This document shows positions 1 to 9,654 of a stretch of 64,000 nucleotides of DNA, piece by piece. The notes beneath the pieces are model-generated. The model saw only the letters and a program-made list of their open reading frames with translations, ran no database searches and was not told the DNA's origin. Source of the stretch: a virus (lineage: Duplodnaviria > Caudoviricetes); the IMG/VR virus record IMGVR_UViG_3300020048_003360, positions 64,001 to 128,000 of that record. One strand, 5' to 3'. How positions within the stretch are numbered: the first letter of the stretch is position 1; each line of letters opens with the position of its first letter. A program made the translations under genes and the position numbers.

Positions 1-482
1 ATAAAATGATAATCTACATAACCTGCCATTTTATTTACAATTCTATCATTTTCTTGCCATATAGACGGATCTATTTGAGGAAAATATGCATCACCTATAA
101 AACTGGCTTGAATTTCAGTTATATGAAGATTATCCGCATCTGATATTATCTGACTATAAATATTAGCGCCTCCAATAAAAAATACTTCAGATTCTTTAGA
201 AGATATAGCAAGCGCTTCTTCTATAGAAGTTGCGATTAAACAACCATCAGCTTTATAGTCTACATTGCTGGTAATAATAACTGAAGTGCGACCAGGTAAT
301 GGTCTACCTATAGATTCGTAGGTCTTACGTCCCATTAAAATATGGTGACCCATAGTTAATTCTTTAAAACGCTTAAGGTCAGCAGGTATATTCCAAGGTA
401 GTTTGTTATCAATTCCAATAATGCCGTTATTTGATACTGCAGCTATAACGTTTATTACTAATTGTTTATTACGTGACGACAT
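1..482 (-). CDS. folA: Dihydrofolate reductase (3' end runs off the window)
   Basis: Not in the ORF track; hand translation from ATG at 482 gives MSSRNKQLVINVIAAVSNNGIIGIDNKLPWNIPADLKRFKELTMGHHILMGRKTYESIGRPLPGR, with the DHFR LPW..P.DL..FK and MGRKT..SIGRPLPGR motifs; open to position 1. Confidence 0.92.
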   Translation of the reverse strand, partial: MSSRNKQLVINVIAAVSNNGIIGIDNKLPWNIPADLKRFKELTMGHHILMGRKTYESIGRPLPGRTSVIITSNVDYKADGCLIATSIEEALAISSKESEVFFIGGANIYSQIISDADNLHITEIQASFIGDAYFPQIDPSIWQENDRIVNKMAGYVDYHF

Positions 483-924
483 TACTTATATTCCAGTATC
501 AATTAAGAAAATATTAAATAGTAAAAAAAACTTAAGTAACATATTATATTAAGATAGCAAAATCTCAAAACCCCTAAATTATACTATTTCTAGTTTGTAT
601 GCAATTCGTAATTTTTTCTTTTATAAATTAAAAATTAAAATTGATTCTCTGTTTTTAAAAACTTTAATTTAAAAACTCATAGAGGTCTATTCTACAGCTT
701 TAAATTTTAATTTGATAGGGTAGAATAGGTTAAGTACTCTAGTCTTCTATATGGTACCTTAAAACTCTTTTGTTTAGATTTTGTATAGTTAACTAAACTT
801 TAATTTTACAAAAAATAAAAAATAAATTCTTAATTTGAAAATCTACCTGCAATATTATATTTATTATATTTATCTTGATTTTTTCGTGGGTTTTCTATTG
901 GGGTTTTTATTAAAATATTTCTTC

Positions 925-1018
925 TTTTAAAATCCTATAGTATAATGGAAATGTCTCTCGCTTGGGGCTTCGACATTTCCTTATAATAGATTTACTTTTT
1001 AAAATCCCATAGTATAAT
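925..1018. repeat. Two 22-bp direct repeats (925-946, 997-1018) flanking a 9-bp-stem hairpin
   Basis: ttttaaaatcctatagtataat vs ttttaaaatcccatagtataat (1 mismatch); ggaaatgtc (947-955) pairs with gacatttcc (972-980). Confidence 0.8.
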
Positions 1019-1215
1019 CTCCCCCTAGTGATCGGTTCGCTTCGCTCCCTCACTATTTATTGACCTCACCCCCAATCCCCCTCTCCAAAATATTTTTACC
1101 GAAAAAAAAAGTAAAAAATATATTGAAAAAGGAAAAAAGGGAGCTGTGTAAACAGTTATTTTTTTACATAAATACTTGCCTACATAACAGTAGTGAAACA
1201 GATATTTTTTTACTT

Positions 1216-1566
1216 TTACTGACGCATAATATTACTCAACCCATAGTCTGGTGGAAAATATCCAATTACTGGTGTGGTGATTCGATTTATACTAATGCTA
1301 GTTGTGATAAATTCATTAATACCAATTTCTATACTATCTGCTAAATAAATACCATCGTCACTACCGTAGTACGTACTACAGCCAATAATGGAACTATCAC
1401 TATTCATTGACTCCTTGATAAGATTATTAATATCCACATAACTTCCAGCCACAAACAATGAAATAGTGTTACCATTAAACTCTTCAATAGTCACTAAATG
1501 CGCTGTTTGAATTGGAAGTATTGGAGTACCTGCCTTTTTACAATGAATGACATTATCTATAAACAT
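1216..1566 (-). CDS. Hypothetical protein, 116 aa
   Basis: ORF with AGGA RBS, co-directional with neighbours; no recognised motif. Confidence 0.6.
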   Translation of the reverse strand: MFIDNVIHCKKAGTPILPIQTAHLVTIEEFNGNTISLFVAGSYVDINNLIKESMNSDSSIIGCSTYYGSDDGIYLADSIEIGINEFITTSISINRITTPVIGYFPPDYGLSNIMRQ

Positions 1567-1581
1567 TTAAATTCCTAAAAA

Positions 1582-1613
1582 ATATAGCAGAGGTAGTATT
1601 ATCTCTGCTATAT
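1582..1613 (-). terminator. Intrinsic terminator after helicase
   Basis: 11-bp stem atatagcagag/ctctgctatat followed by a U-run on the minus strand. Confidence 0.7.
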
Positions 1614-1619
1614 AGTCTG

Positions 1620-3170
1620 TTATAGTGGCGTGCCGATATTCACACTGGTGTACGAGAGTGCTTTATTTTCCATTAGAGTCCGTTTTTGCTCGTGGTATTG
1701 AAGGTGCTTCGGTATATCGGTGCACACGAAATAGAGAAAGCGTGGTGTACTACCATCCTTTAATGGACGCAGTCTACCTAGAGACTGTAGATTTGCCTGA
1801 ATAGAGGATACCGCAATCGTTAAAATCACAGTACTGAGTCCTGCAATATCCACTGCAGTACCAGCTGATCCCAATGTAGAAACAGATATATCGGACGTCA
1901 TCAGACTATCAAAATCGTCCTCGGCAGTATATTTGTTTATACTCAGATTAAAATACTTTCCTCCAGAATGTGAAGAGAGTTTATCTCTTAAGTACTTTAC
2001 TACTAATTCACACATCTCAATTGAAATACAGAATATTAAGCATTTCTGATTTGGTTTATAGTACTGTAGATAAGATCCTTTAAAAGTTTCCCATATCAAA
2101 TTGAAGTAATTACTAGTTACTACTTTATCACGTAGTATTGATTGCTCAAACATATGGTGACTATAAGTAGAACTTACTCTATCTAAATGCTTTATTTTAA
2201 ATGGATCTTTAAATCTATAAAAAATAGCTGTTGATGATACATATCTCCTATAAGCCTCACCAGCATACTGTAGATGTACTGGATATACTACTCCATACAT
2301 TTTAGATATAAAAGGATCATCAGACTTTAAAGTAGCGGATAGTGAAATACTACGATAGACATTAGTGTTTAATAGGATTTTAAATGCAGCATGAAACTCC
2401 TGATGAGCCTCATCAATAAGTAGAATACCCACACCTAATAACTTACAAAAGTCTTCAGGTATGCATGCGTATCCTATTGCTGTAGTTTCATATTGAAACT
2501 TCTCATATAGTTTAATCCAATTTGATAGAGTCTTCATACTGACTAAAATTATCTTAGCAGTTAATTCTCCATTTTCAGCTGCTGATAATAAAGTCAATAA
2601 CTGACTAGATCCACGTATTACCAAAACATCATCTGGATCTATATCGTATTTTTCATTAATCTCAATTTCCCATTTTTCTAAATACATGGGTTTTACTACA
2701 ATTAATGTTCTATGTCTGATTGTGGACATTGCCTTTAAAGCGCAAATCCCCTTACCCATACCTGTCTGTAGGTTTAAAAACTTAGCAACAGGTGGACCTA
2801 CAGAAGTAAGATATTCCACTATTGGTATCTGATAGTCCCTAAGAACCCATTCGGGTTTCATTTTCAATTCTACCTGAACTGGCATTGGAAATGGAATTGA
2901 ATCATGACCAACTAAGTCATCTACTAATCCAAACCCTTTAATAAAACAAATGAATTCGGATAATTGGTTAATATGAAAACGATATTCACTACGATCCATA
3001 GTAGATGTCGCAAATACTCTTACGGGCATTTTACTATAGTTCCCACGATCTTTTACCCAATTATAATGAATAAGAGTACTCGCAAACTTATTTATAGCTT
3101 CTCTAGCCCTAGGAGTAATTTTTGTTATTTTAAAAAAGTGAGATGCTGTAGTAATCAATAGTTCTGCCAT
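1620..3170 (-). CDS. Superfamily 2 DEAD/DEAH-type helicase (phiKZ gp75-like)
   Basis: LRDYQ Q-motif, QTGMGKG Walker A, LIDEAH, SAT, QSLGRLR motif VI; next to nvRNAP beta' gene as in phiKZ-like phages. Confidence 0.88.
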   Translation of the reverse strand: MAELLITTASHFFKITKITPRAREAINKFASTLIHYNWVKDRGNYSKMPVRVFATSTMDRSEYRFHINQLSEFICFIKGFGLVDDLVGHDSIPFPMPVQVELKMKPEWVLRDYQIPIVEYLTSVGPPVAKFLNLQTGMGKGICALKAMSTIRHRTLIVVKPMYLEKWEIEINEKYDIDPDDVLVIRGSSQLLTLLSAAENGELTAKIILVSMKTLSNWIKLYEKFQYETTAIGYACIPEDFCKLLGVGILLIDEAHQEFHAAFKILLNTNVYRSISLSATLKSDDPFISKMYGVVYPVHLQYAGEAYRRYVSSTAIFYRFKDPFKIKHLDRVSSTYSHHMFEQSILRDKVVTSNYFNLIWETFKGSYLQYYKPNQKCLIFCISIEMCELVVKYLRDKLSSHSGGKYFNLSINKYTAEDDFDSLMTSDISVSTLGSAGTAVDIAGLSTVILTIAVSSIQANLQSLGRLRPLKDGSTPRFLYFVCTDIPKHLQYHEQKRTLMENKALSYTSVNIGTPL

Positions 3171-3176
3171 TATGTT

Positions 3177-3240
3177 TCCTTAAATATCAAATTACAGACC
3201 CTTAGAGGGGTCCTAAAGAGCCTGTAAGATTCTACCTACA
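3177..3240 (-). promoter_or_regulatory. Hairpin plus RBS leader, copy 1 of 3
   Basis: ttacag...ctgtaa imperfect stem followed by GTCTGTAATTTGATATTTAAGGA; homologous to 16067-16103 and 20337-20406. Confidence 0.7.
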
Positions 3241-3246
3241 CCTTTA

Positions 3247-3325
3247 CTACGGGTGATATACTAACAATTTATCGAGTGGATGGTCTGGTCTGTTAGTAAT
3301 TAAGTAAGAGTTTGGACTAGTGATA
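3247..3325 (-). pseudogene. Orphan duplicate of the last 25 codons of the nvRNAP beta' gene (ITSPNSYLITNRPDHPLDKLLVYHP*)
   Basis: 3277-3325 is identical (49 bp) to 4303-4351, then a 10-nt divergent patch, then 14 bp of further identity; no start codon. Confidence 0.9.
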
Positions 3326-3332
3326 CATCTAT

Positions 3333-4136
3333 TTAGTCTACCCAAACATAATCGTCATACTGTTCCTCAGGATTAAAAATTCTACTCAGTGCTATCTCTT
3401 TAGATAGTCCGGACTCAATAGAATACTCATTCACCGAATTATAAATAGTGTTTTTTATTATACACTGGCGTTCATACATGTCTTTTTTATAGTAATACAT
3501 AGGAAACTTTGGATCACGTAATCTTCTCCGTAATGTAGGTGATGGAATTTTTGTAGCACTAGTAGAAGCTAATAGCGACTCATATTCGACACCATCTATT
3601 ATAATCCTCACTTGCCTATCTAACCTACTCTGAATGAGTTTTGCCAGTGCTTCAGGATTATTAGCTAAGTATTTCTTTATACCGGCACTAACTCTTAATC
3701 CGGCAGTAGGATTATTCTTATAATAGTTTTTTATTGTCATACTACGAGCAAGAGATTTGGTAGAATTACTTAATGTTTTATTAGCTTTTTCTGCTGGATA
3801 TAGATTGTAGACATATGGTTCTCCAAAATACCTATTTAGTAATACGGTTTCAGCATCAAAAGCTCGTCCTTTATTAATAGTCAATGCAAAATAGAAAATC
3901 ACATGTGGATCTTTTTTATAATCTTCTTGCAGTAATCTATTTGTGTGACTACCGACTCTTAAAAACCATTTGTGTTTTTCAAATCTTTTTTTAAGATCAT
4001 TTGAATGACCAATATAGACTTTATTACTACTATGTCGGATTAGATATACTCCACTTTTTTTATCTAAATCCGACATACTTAAAAACATACCGACTGGACT
4101 AAAACTAAATTCTAAAAATATATCTATATCATGCAT
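3333..4136 (-). CDS. Free-standing GIY-YIG homing endonuclease
   Basis: SGVYLIRH...VYIGHSNDLKKRFEKH catalytic module, later E and N residues, C-terminal NUMOD1/HTH-like segments (IIIDGVEYESL). Confidence 0.85.
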   Translation of the reverse strand: MHDIDIFLEFSFSPVGMFLSMSDLDKKSGVYLIRHSSNKVYIGHSNDLKKRFEKHKWFLRVGSHTNRLLQEDYKKDPHVIFYFALTINKGRAFDAETVLLNRYFGEPYVYNLYPAEKANKTLSNSTKSLARSMTIKNYYKNNPTAGLRVSAGIKKYLANNPEALAKLIQSRLDRQVRIIIDGVEYESLLASTSATKIPSPTLRRRLRDPKFPMYYYKKDMYERQCIIKNTIYNSVNEYSIESGLSKEIALSRIFNPEEQYDDYVWVD

Positions 4137-4272
4137 ATACTACCTCATTAAATTGAATATTAGCGATCGTCGTAGGCCATGTAGACGCAGGCCACTATAT
4201 ATCATTCATAATAATGAGGCAATATATTTTATTTATTATTAGAAAATTACTTCATAATAGTAAAATATAACC

Positions 4273-6243
4273 TCATGAGTGATATACTAACAGCCTATCC
4301 AATGGATGGTCTGGTCTGTTAGTAATTAAGTAAGAGTTTGGACTAGTGATAACACGGCGGTGGGATTCAAATGCCATAGCGGCGGACAAGGATCGATTTA
4401 CCATAGTTACTTTCATTACTCCTAATTCGTTTTTAGTAAATGGTTTAGGTAAACCATAATTGTTTTCACTATCATTAATGACCATACTGGCGTAAAACAC
4501 TACATCCAATACAGCTAAATTAACATTTAGTTTATCATTAACAAGATCAAACAACTCTACTAAAGCACTATTAGCGGTCGTTAGTTTATTACGTTTCTGT
4601 AACTTCCCTACTGATGATTCTAACATTTTCGCAATGTCTGCCGAATGATCTCCCATTGAGAAATGTTTCAGTGGTAACGTAAGAATCTCTTTAGAAAAAT
4701 TCCAGTCCTTCATGTCGATTACATAATTTCCCCGTTCATTTACTACCCATCCTTTCACTTTAATATATTCTAATAAATCAGTAGTCATGCTAGCTAGTCG
4801 TTGATTTAAACTAACTACAAAACTCTCAATATGTCCATTCACCATAATACCTATTTCAGATAATTCTGAAATTCTAGTAATATTTAAATCGTTAACGTTA
4901 GCTATTTCCATAACGTCAGTAATATTACTAGCTTCATCTGCAGCTACTATTAAAAAGACTTGTTTTTGTTTCAGAGTTTCTGTTAGGAGATAAGATGATT
5001 TATCTGTCGATACTTTTAAAAACTTTGCAGCTTTATCACTTAACGTAATACCAACTACTACTGAACTCCAGTCTAAATGCTTTACTGATAAAACATTTTG
5101 ACTAGATTTTTGAGCCAGTGATGTACAGCAAATTTGACCAAGATTTGTCCTATCTGGTATTGAATAGGATAATTCACCAAAACAAGTACTACAGACACCA
5201 TAAGGATCGGGATGCTGACAATGTATGGCCATACGTAATTTTATTGTATGTCCAATTAAATGGGTGTCAGTTTTCTTAATTATCTTAAGTACCCCATCTG
5301 TATCTAAATAGTATTTACCAATTAATTGTGATAAATCTCCTTTACGCTTTAGTGTTCCGTTTTCATAAAGTGAATCACGCACATGCCATGTTAAGTATTC
5401 TTTACTACCACAATCTCCCATATGTAGGTTTTGAACTACTTGAGACATTAACTGTAGTCGTCTAGAAAAATATTCAGCTTGTTGAAGAGGGGTCTTGCTG
5501 AACATTAAGCTCTTAGCAGCTGATCGGGATTCTATAAAGGAACTATAGAAGGTACGCAGTCCAGATACATATCCAGTAGTGATTGGAATCGGAAATAATA
5601 CGCTATCTGTATCTGTAATAAAACCTCTAGCAGAAACACATTGTAGAGTCTGATCCATACTAACTAAATTACCACGAATTGCAATAGCAATTGGATTATT
5701 GGCTAGCTCACTATCATTAAGTAAACTATTCCTAACAATACTATATGTTTTATCTATTGAACTTTGTGTTGGCTCAATAGTATCATTAGCCTCTTTTATT
5801 TTTGGATAGTTCATTACATTAATGAAATCCGTTATATCGAGCGATGTAGTATGTCCCTCACATACTACGGTTAATTTATTATAGATTTCATTAGTAATTT
5901 CATATACACGTCTAGCTAACGAATCTCTAAATTCAAGTTCATTACTATACTCAGATACGTATGTATCATAAACTGCCCACATACATACTCCTAAAAGCGA
6001 TAGGTGTGTATTACTACCCAATCTACCGTTTCCAATTATAGTAGAAACATGATGTTTTGATAATAATGGAGTTCTTGGATATGTCCTATGAAAATCCCAT
6101 GCAAATGATGAGTATTGTGTTTCTCTTGCATTTGTTTCTATCTCAATACCATCATCAAATAGTAAAGTAAACGGACCTGTAAGCGTGTCAAATAGTGTTT
6201 CTGTACTAAAACACAATAATGATCTAGCTAAAATTGTACGCAT
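4273..6243 (-). CDS. Non-virion RNA polymerase beta' subunit, C-terminal part (phiKZ gp74-like)
   Basis: ESRSAAKSL, AEYFSRRLQL, DCGS, and the C...GVCSTCFG zinc motif of RpoC; synteny with beta and helicase genes. Confidence 0.88.
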   Translation of the reverse strand: MRTILARSLLCFSTETLFDTLTGPFTLLFDDGIEIETNARETQYSSFAWDFHRTYPRTPLLSKHHVSTIIGNGRLGSNTHLSLLGVCMWAVYDTYVSEYSNELEFRDSLARRVYEITNEIYNKLTVVCEGHTTSLDITDFINVMNYPKIKEANDTIEPTQSSIDKTYSIVRNSLLNDSELANNPIAIAIRGNLVSMDQTLQCVSARGFITDTDSVLFPIPITTGYVSGLRTFYSSFIESRSAAKSLMFSKTPLQQAEYFSRRLQLMSQVVQNLHMGDCGSKEYLTWHVRDSLYENGTLKRKGDLSQLIGKYYLDTDGVLKIIKKTDTHLIGHTIKLRMAIHCQHPDPYGVCSTCFGELSYSIPDRTNLGQICCTSLAQKSSQNVLSVKHLDWSSVVVGITLSDKAAKFLKVSTDKSSYLLTETLKQKQVFLIVAADEASNITDVMEIANVNDLNITRISELSEIGIMVNGHIESFVVSLNQRLASMTTDLLEYIKVKGWVVNERGNYVIDMKDWNFSKEILTLPLKHFSMGDHSADIAKMLESSVGKLQKRNKLTTANSALVELFDLVNDKLNVNLAVLDVVFYASMVINDSENNYGLPKPFTKNELGVMKVTMVNRSLSAAMAFESHRRVITSPNSYLITNRPDHPLDRLLVYHS

Positions 6244-6270
6244 TGCCTTCTCCAGTTGAGATAACTACAT

Positions 6271-6290
6271 ATAGGTAATATATTGCTATA
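6271..6290 (-). promoter_or_regulatory. Phage early-type promoter (GCAATATATTAYCTAT)
   Basis: ataggtaatatattgctata on + strand; contains the phiKZ early TATATTAC core; upstream of 4273-6243. Confidence 0.8.
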
Positions 6291-6304
6291 AAAATATTAA
6301 GTAC

Positions 6305-6337
6305 AGTAATGAAGAGATGTTATTTCTCTTCATTACT
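6305..6337 (-). terminator. Hairpin after nvRNAP beta gene
   Basis: 13-bp stem agtaatgaagaga/tctcttcattact. Confidence 0.6.
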
Positions 6338-6348
6338 AATACCCAGTA

Positions 6349-8502
6349 TTACCAACTAGGAATATAGTTTTTGTAAATAAAGCTCCAGCCACTAGTACAT
6401 GCCATGTGCTTTACCAATACCAATGGTTTACTATGACCTATTGGATTTATATTACGATCTACATTTCTATCTATGTTAGTAGGAATATTAGCATTCAATA
6501 TTGACTCCAATACCATTTTGTGAGTAATTAATGAATTATTGCGATCTAAAATATCAGCAGTTATATCAGAACCACAATAACTAGCATAAATTCTAGTTTC
6601 AGATTCACCTAACGCCCTGATGGCTTGATTCCTACTGGGTTGTGAAAACTTATCACTATTTGTTACTTGTGATAAGACTCCAAAATGTTGTAACTTACCA
6701 GACGATACAGCTGTCCAATCATCTGCTGTTTTTTCCAACAAGATCATATAGACACTACCGATTCTAGTAGACTCTGTAGTAGTTACCCTTACTCCGGTAG
6801 CTCCCACATAACTAACTGGACCATATGTGGGTCTAAAATGTCTTTCTATTTCTTCTACTACCTCTTTTGGTTCTGGGGCGTTGCTGGGTGGCATATACAG
6901 ATAAATACCATTACGGACTACCTCAGATAGGTGTCTACTGCGTTTATCCTTATACTCCTTTTTAGTACGATTATCTACATACTCTCCATCTGTAAGTATC
7001 ACATACATTTTTGGAGATAGGATTTTATAATAAGCCATCAGATAATCCCATGCCCTATCTAATAACTCACTACCCGTATTTTCTAATCCCAATAACTTTC
7101 TACTAACATCATCCTCGTTTTTATCAATGTGTAGTATTTTACAGATTACTTTTACAACATCCCTAGACGCTGAGTTAAAATACTGCTCATAGAGTCTACC
7201 GATATTCATTCGACCAACAGTTGATAAAGCATCCATTACTATATCTGCTCTATTACCATCGGTATCTACTGGCATTTCATGTGGTTCTGCTATTTTACAA
7301 ATAACGCCTTTCCCCCCATGAAAATCTGATATTTTAAAACCTATAGTGGGAGTAGTTTCGTACTCTATTACAAACTCCACCCTATAGTCATCCAGTGGTG
7401 TATTATGGTAAAGTTTAATGATTTGTTGTGGATCGGTATCCATAACTGCCATTGCTTCCACCAGCATTCTATGTAACTCTGGCGTTAATCTAAGATTATC
7501 ACCACGTTGTTTCTTTAACCTGTGATATTCATCAATTAACTCCTTATAGAAACGATATCTAGCTTCATTATACTTATCAGCCTGATCATCCATGGTTGGA
7601 GTATCGGCTAATTTACTAGCGGTATTTTTAGAATCATGATGTATTTTAATGTCCACCACTACACCACCAGCACCACCTGCGTATGTTAATTTATCAAAAA
7701 TAAAATCAGGCTCCATTAAATCCGATATACTTTGTTCCACAACAGCTAATTCTTTATTATAATTTCGTAAACACATTAGAATACCATCACTACGTATTCT
7801 ATCTCCAATATCTGGAAATGGTTTATAATTATCTGCATCGCCGTACAGATTTAATGGAAATCGTTTACTACCCCACTCCACACTCCTGTTTTCATATGTC
7901 TTAAAACTAAATTTCTTTAAGACGTCACTACTGATCATTACGCCATCTTCAGATACAGATGGATGTGACATATATGCTACATTACACTCTATACCGTACT
8001 TATAACCACCATTACTGGTTATCGATGGTGAATTCATTAAGATAGTGCCAGCAGCCATAAAGGCACCTACACGTACTTCAGCTAACGATGGAGTTGGTTT
8101 ATACTCAAAACCAAAATACTGGTGATAGGAGCAGTATTTTGGTATACTCAACATACCTATTTCTTTAGTGTTAATATCCTCATATAGCACTACTGTTTGT
8201 GGGTTAAACTTAATTGTCTCCCTACCGACCCTATATGGGTAACGTTCAATTATTTTTATTATTTCAACTCCATTATTACCATTTGGATCACCTGGTATTT
8301 TTATAGAAAATGTGTATTTACCATACTCCCTTTCCATTCCAGTTTGAATAAAACGTTCAGTAGCCCCGCTCACCACTAAACTCTGACTAATATGTGATGA
8401 TCCCATTTGCTGACGAGGTGAGCTATCGTGCGCTGCAAATGGATTTAAACTTACAACACCTAATAATTCTCTATGGAGTTCATTAGGGTTTTTCATACTC
8501 AT
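6349..8502 (-). CDS. Non-virion RNA polymerase beta subunit, C-terminal part (phiKZ gp71-73-like), uninterrupted
   Basis: DSSPRQQMGSSHISQ, SEDGVMIS, GFKISDFHGGKGVI, RADIVM...GRMNIG, RALGESETR RpoB motifs. Confidence 0.9.
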   Translation of the reverse strand: MSMKNPNELHRELLGVVSLNPFAAHDSSPRQQMGSSHISQSLVVSGATERFIQTGMEREYGKYTFSIKIPGDPNGNNGVEIIKIIERYPYRVGRETIKFNPQTVVLYEDINTKEIGMLSIPKYCSYHQYFGFEYKPTPSLAEVRVGAFMAAGTILMNSPSITSNGGYKYGIECNVAYMSHPSVSEDGVMISSDVLKKFSFKTYENRSVEWGSKRFPLNLYGDADNYKPFPDIGDRIRSDGILMCLRNYNKELAVVEQSISDLMEPDFIFDKLTYAGGAGGVVVDIKIHHDSKNTASKLADTPTMDDQADKYNEARYRFYKELIDEYHRLKKQRGDNLRLTPELHRMLVEAMAVMDTDPQQIIKLYHNTPLDDYRVEFVIEYETTPTIGFKISDFHGGKGVICKIAEPHEMPVDTDGNRADIVMDALSTVGRMNIGRLYEQYFNSASRDVVKVICKILHIDKNEDDVSRKLLGLENTGSELLDRAWDYLMAYYKILSPKMYVILTDGEYVDNRTKKEYKDKRSRHLSEVVRNGIYLYMPPSNAPEPKEVVEEIERHFRPTYGPVSYVGATGVRVTTTESTRIGSVYMILLEKTADDWTAVSSGKLQHFGVLSQVTNSDKFSQPSRNQAIRALGESETRIYASYCGSDITADILDRNNSLITHKMVLESILNANIPTNIDRNVDRNINPIGHSKPLVLVKHMACTSGWSFIYKNYIPSW

Positions 8503-8550
8503 ACGTTTACTCCTTATGAAATTAATTAAATAGTACTAATCAGTACCCAT

Positions 8551-8570
8551 ATAGATAATATATTGCCATA
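8551..8570 (-). promoter_or_regulatory. Phage early-type promoter
   Basis: atagataatatattgccata, upstream of 6349-8502. Confidence 0.8.
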
Positions 8571-8588
8571 ATTTCTTTGAATAAAAAA

Positions 8589-8622
8589 ATATAGTAAAGA
8601 TAGACTACTATCTTTACTATAT
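8589..8622 (-). terminator. Intrinsic terminator
   Basis: 15-bp stem atatagtaaagatag/ctatctttactatat with a U-run on the minus strand. Confidence 0.7.
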
Positions 8623-8633
8623 CGTATTAATTT

Positions 8634-8735
8634 TTATATATCAGTAGAGGATAGTGAAAGTTTATTAGCGTCGCCTAAAACTACCAAGCCTTTTGCGATT
8701 GCACTACATACATCTCTTGGATTAATTGTGTTCAT
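8634..8735 (-). CDS. Small ORF, 33 aa (MNTINPRDVCSAIAKGLVVLGDANKLSLSSTDI), related to the N-terminus of the two upstream paralogs
   Basis: Same AAAGGATTTAAAA RBS leader as 8749-9162 and 9192-9605; DVCSAIAKGLV resembles EICKSIALGIV; below the ORF-track cutoff. Confidence 0.55.
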   Translation of the reverse strand: MNTINPRDVCSAIAKGLVVLGDANKLSLSSTDI

Positions 8736-8748
8736 TTTTTAAATCCTT

Positions 8749-9162
8749 TTAATTAGTAAATTTTTCTAGAATCATGTTGTTGATCGCAACTGATAACAAT
8801 GCCAAACGATACTTATTTTTAGCGTTTTTTAATTTGTTTTCAGCTTCCGCTAGTTGGCTATATAGCTCTGTATAAAAACCAGCAATATGGGACATAACTA
8901 CAGCCCCCAATTCCTCCTGATTAATCGTACTTAGCTTTTTAGCAGACTTAAGAGCCTTTTTAGCTTTCTTAACTTTCTTTTTTGCCATAATAAGATTAGA
9001 CTCAATTAAGAATGGCATATTTCGTATTGTCGTCATGTTACTATAGTGCCTGATATATTTATTCAATTTCTTATTACCAGTAGCAAACATAATGCTAGTG
9101 AACGCCTTATTATCGGCAGACACAATGCCTAAGGCAATTGACTTGCAGATTTCATCATACAT
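8749..9162 (-). CDS. Hypothetical basic coiled-coil protein, tandem paralog B, 137 aa
   Basis: Starts MYDEICKSIALGIV; shares KYI.HY, EEL and QL..AEN.LK.A..K..LA with 9192-9605. Confidence 0.75.
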   Translation of the reverse strand: MYDEICKSIALGIVSADNKAFTSIMFATGNKKLNKYIRHYSNMTTIRNMPFLIESNLIMAKKKVKKAKKALKSAKKLSTINQEELGAVVMSHIAGFYTELYSQLAEAENKLKNAKNKYRLALLSVAINNMILEKFTN

Positions 9163-9191
9163 TTTAAATCCTTTATGAAACTAATTAATCA

Positions 9192-9605
9192 TTAAATTTT
9201 TAAACCAGATGATAATTCATAAACCTGCATAGTTAGTTCCGCTAATTCATGTTTATCTCTTGCCTTTTTTAAACAGTTTTCAGCTGCAGTTAGTTGACCA
9301 TGTCTAGCTAAATAAGCACCTATAAGTTCAGTGGTGTTTTTAGTTTTTAACTCCTCATTGGTGAGTATGGGTTTTCTTTTAATAGATTCTAAATATTCCC
9401 TAGCACTGTTAAGTTCCTTTTTTGTTATATATGCGCTATCGACAACTAAAGCTAACAGATTTTGTTTTTTAGCCAAATCAGTATAGTGGTTAATATATTT
9501 AATTACTAATGTCTCATCGATAGTAGTAGTATCTATATGTGAGTCTTCATTACCAGTACCAATTACAATGCCTAACGCAATTGACTTGCAGATTTCATCA
9601 TACAT
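9192..9605 (-). CDS. Hypothetical coiled-coil protein, tandem paralog A, 137 aa
   Basis: First 14 aa identical to 8749-9162; 54-bp 5' DNA repeat. Confidence 0.75.
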   Translation of the reverse strand: MYDEICKSIALGIVIGTGNEDSHIDTTTIDETLVIKYINHYTDLAKKQNLLALVVDSAYITKKELNSAREYLESIKRKPILTNEELKTKNTTELIGAYLARHGQLTAAENCLKKARDKHELAELTMQVYELSSGLKI

Positions 9606-9654
9606 TTTAAATCCTTTAACTATATTTTATGATCAAAAAACCTAAGGTATATTC

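Noticed and set aside
1060-1344. 94-aa + strand ORF
   Set aside because: Low-complexity K-rich translation of A-tracts, overlaps the minus-strand gene, TTG start without RBS
4214-4232. Partial promoter-like motif (minus strand AAAATATATTGCCTCAT) upstream of the first GIY-YIG
   Set aside because: Core TATATTAC is altered and the flanks do not match; possibly a decayed promoter, not called
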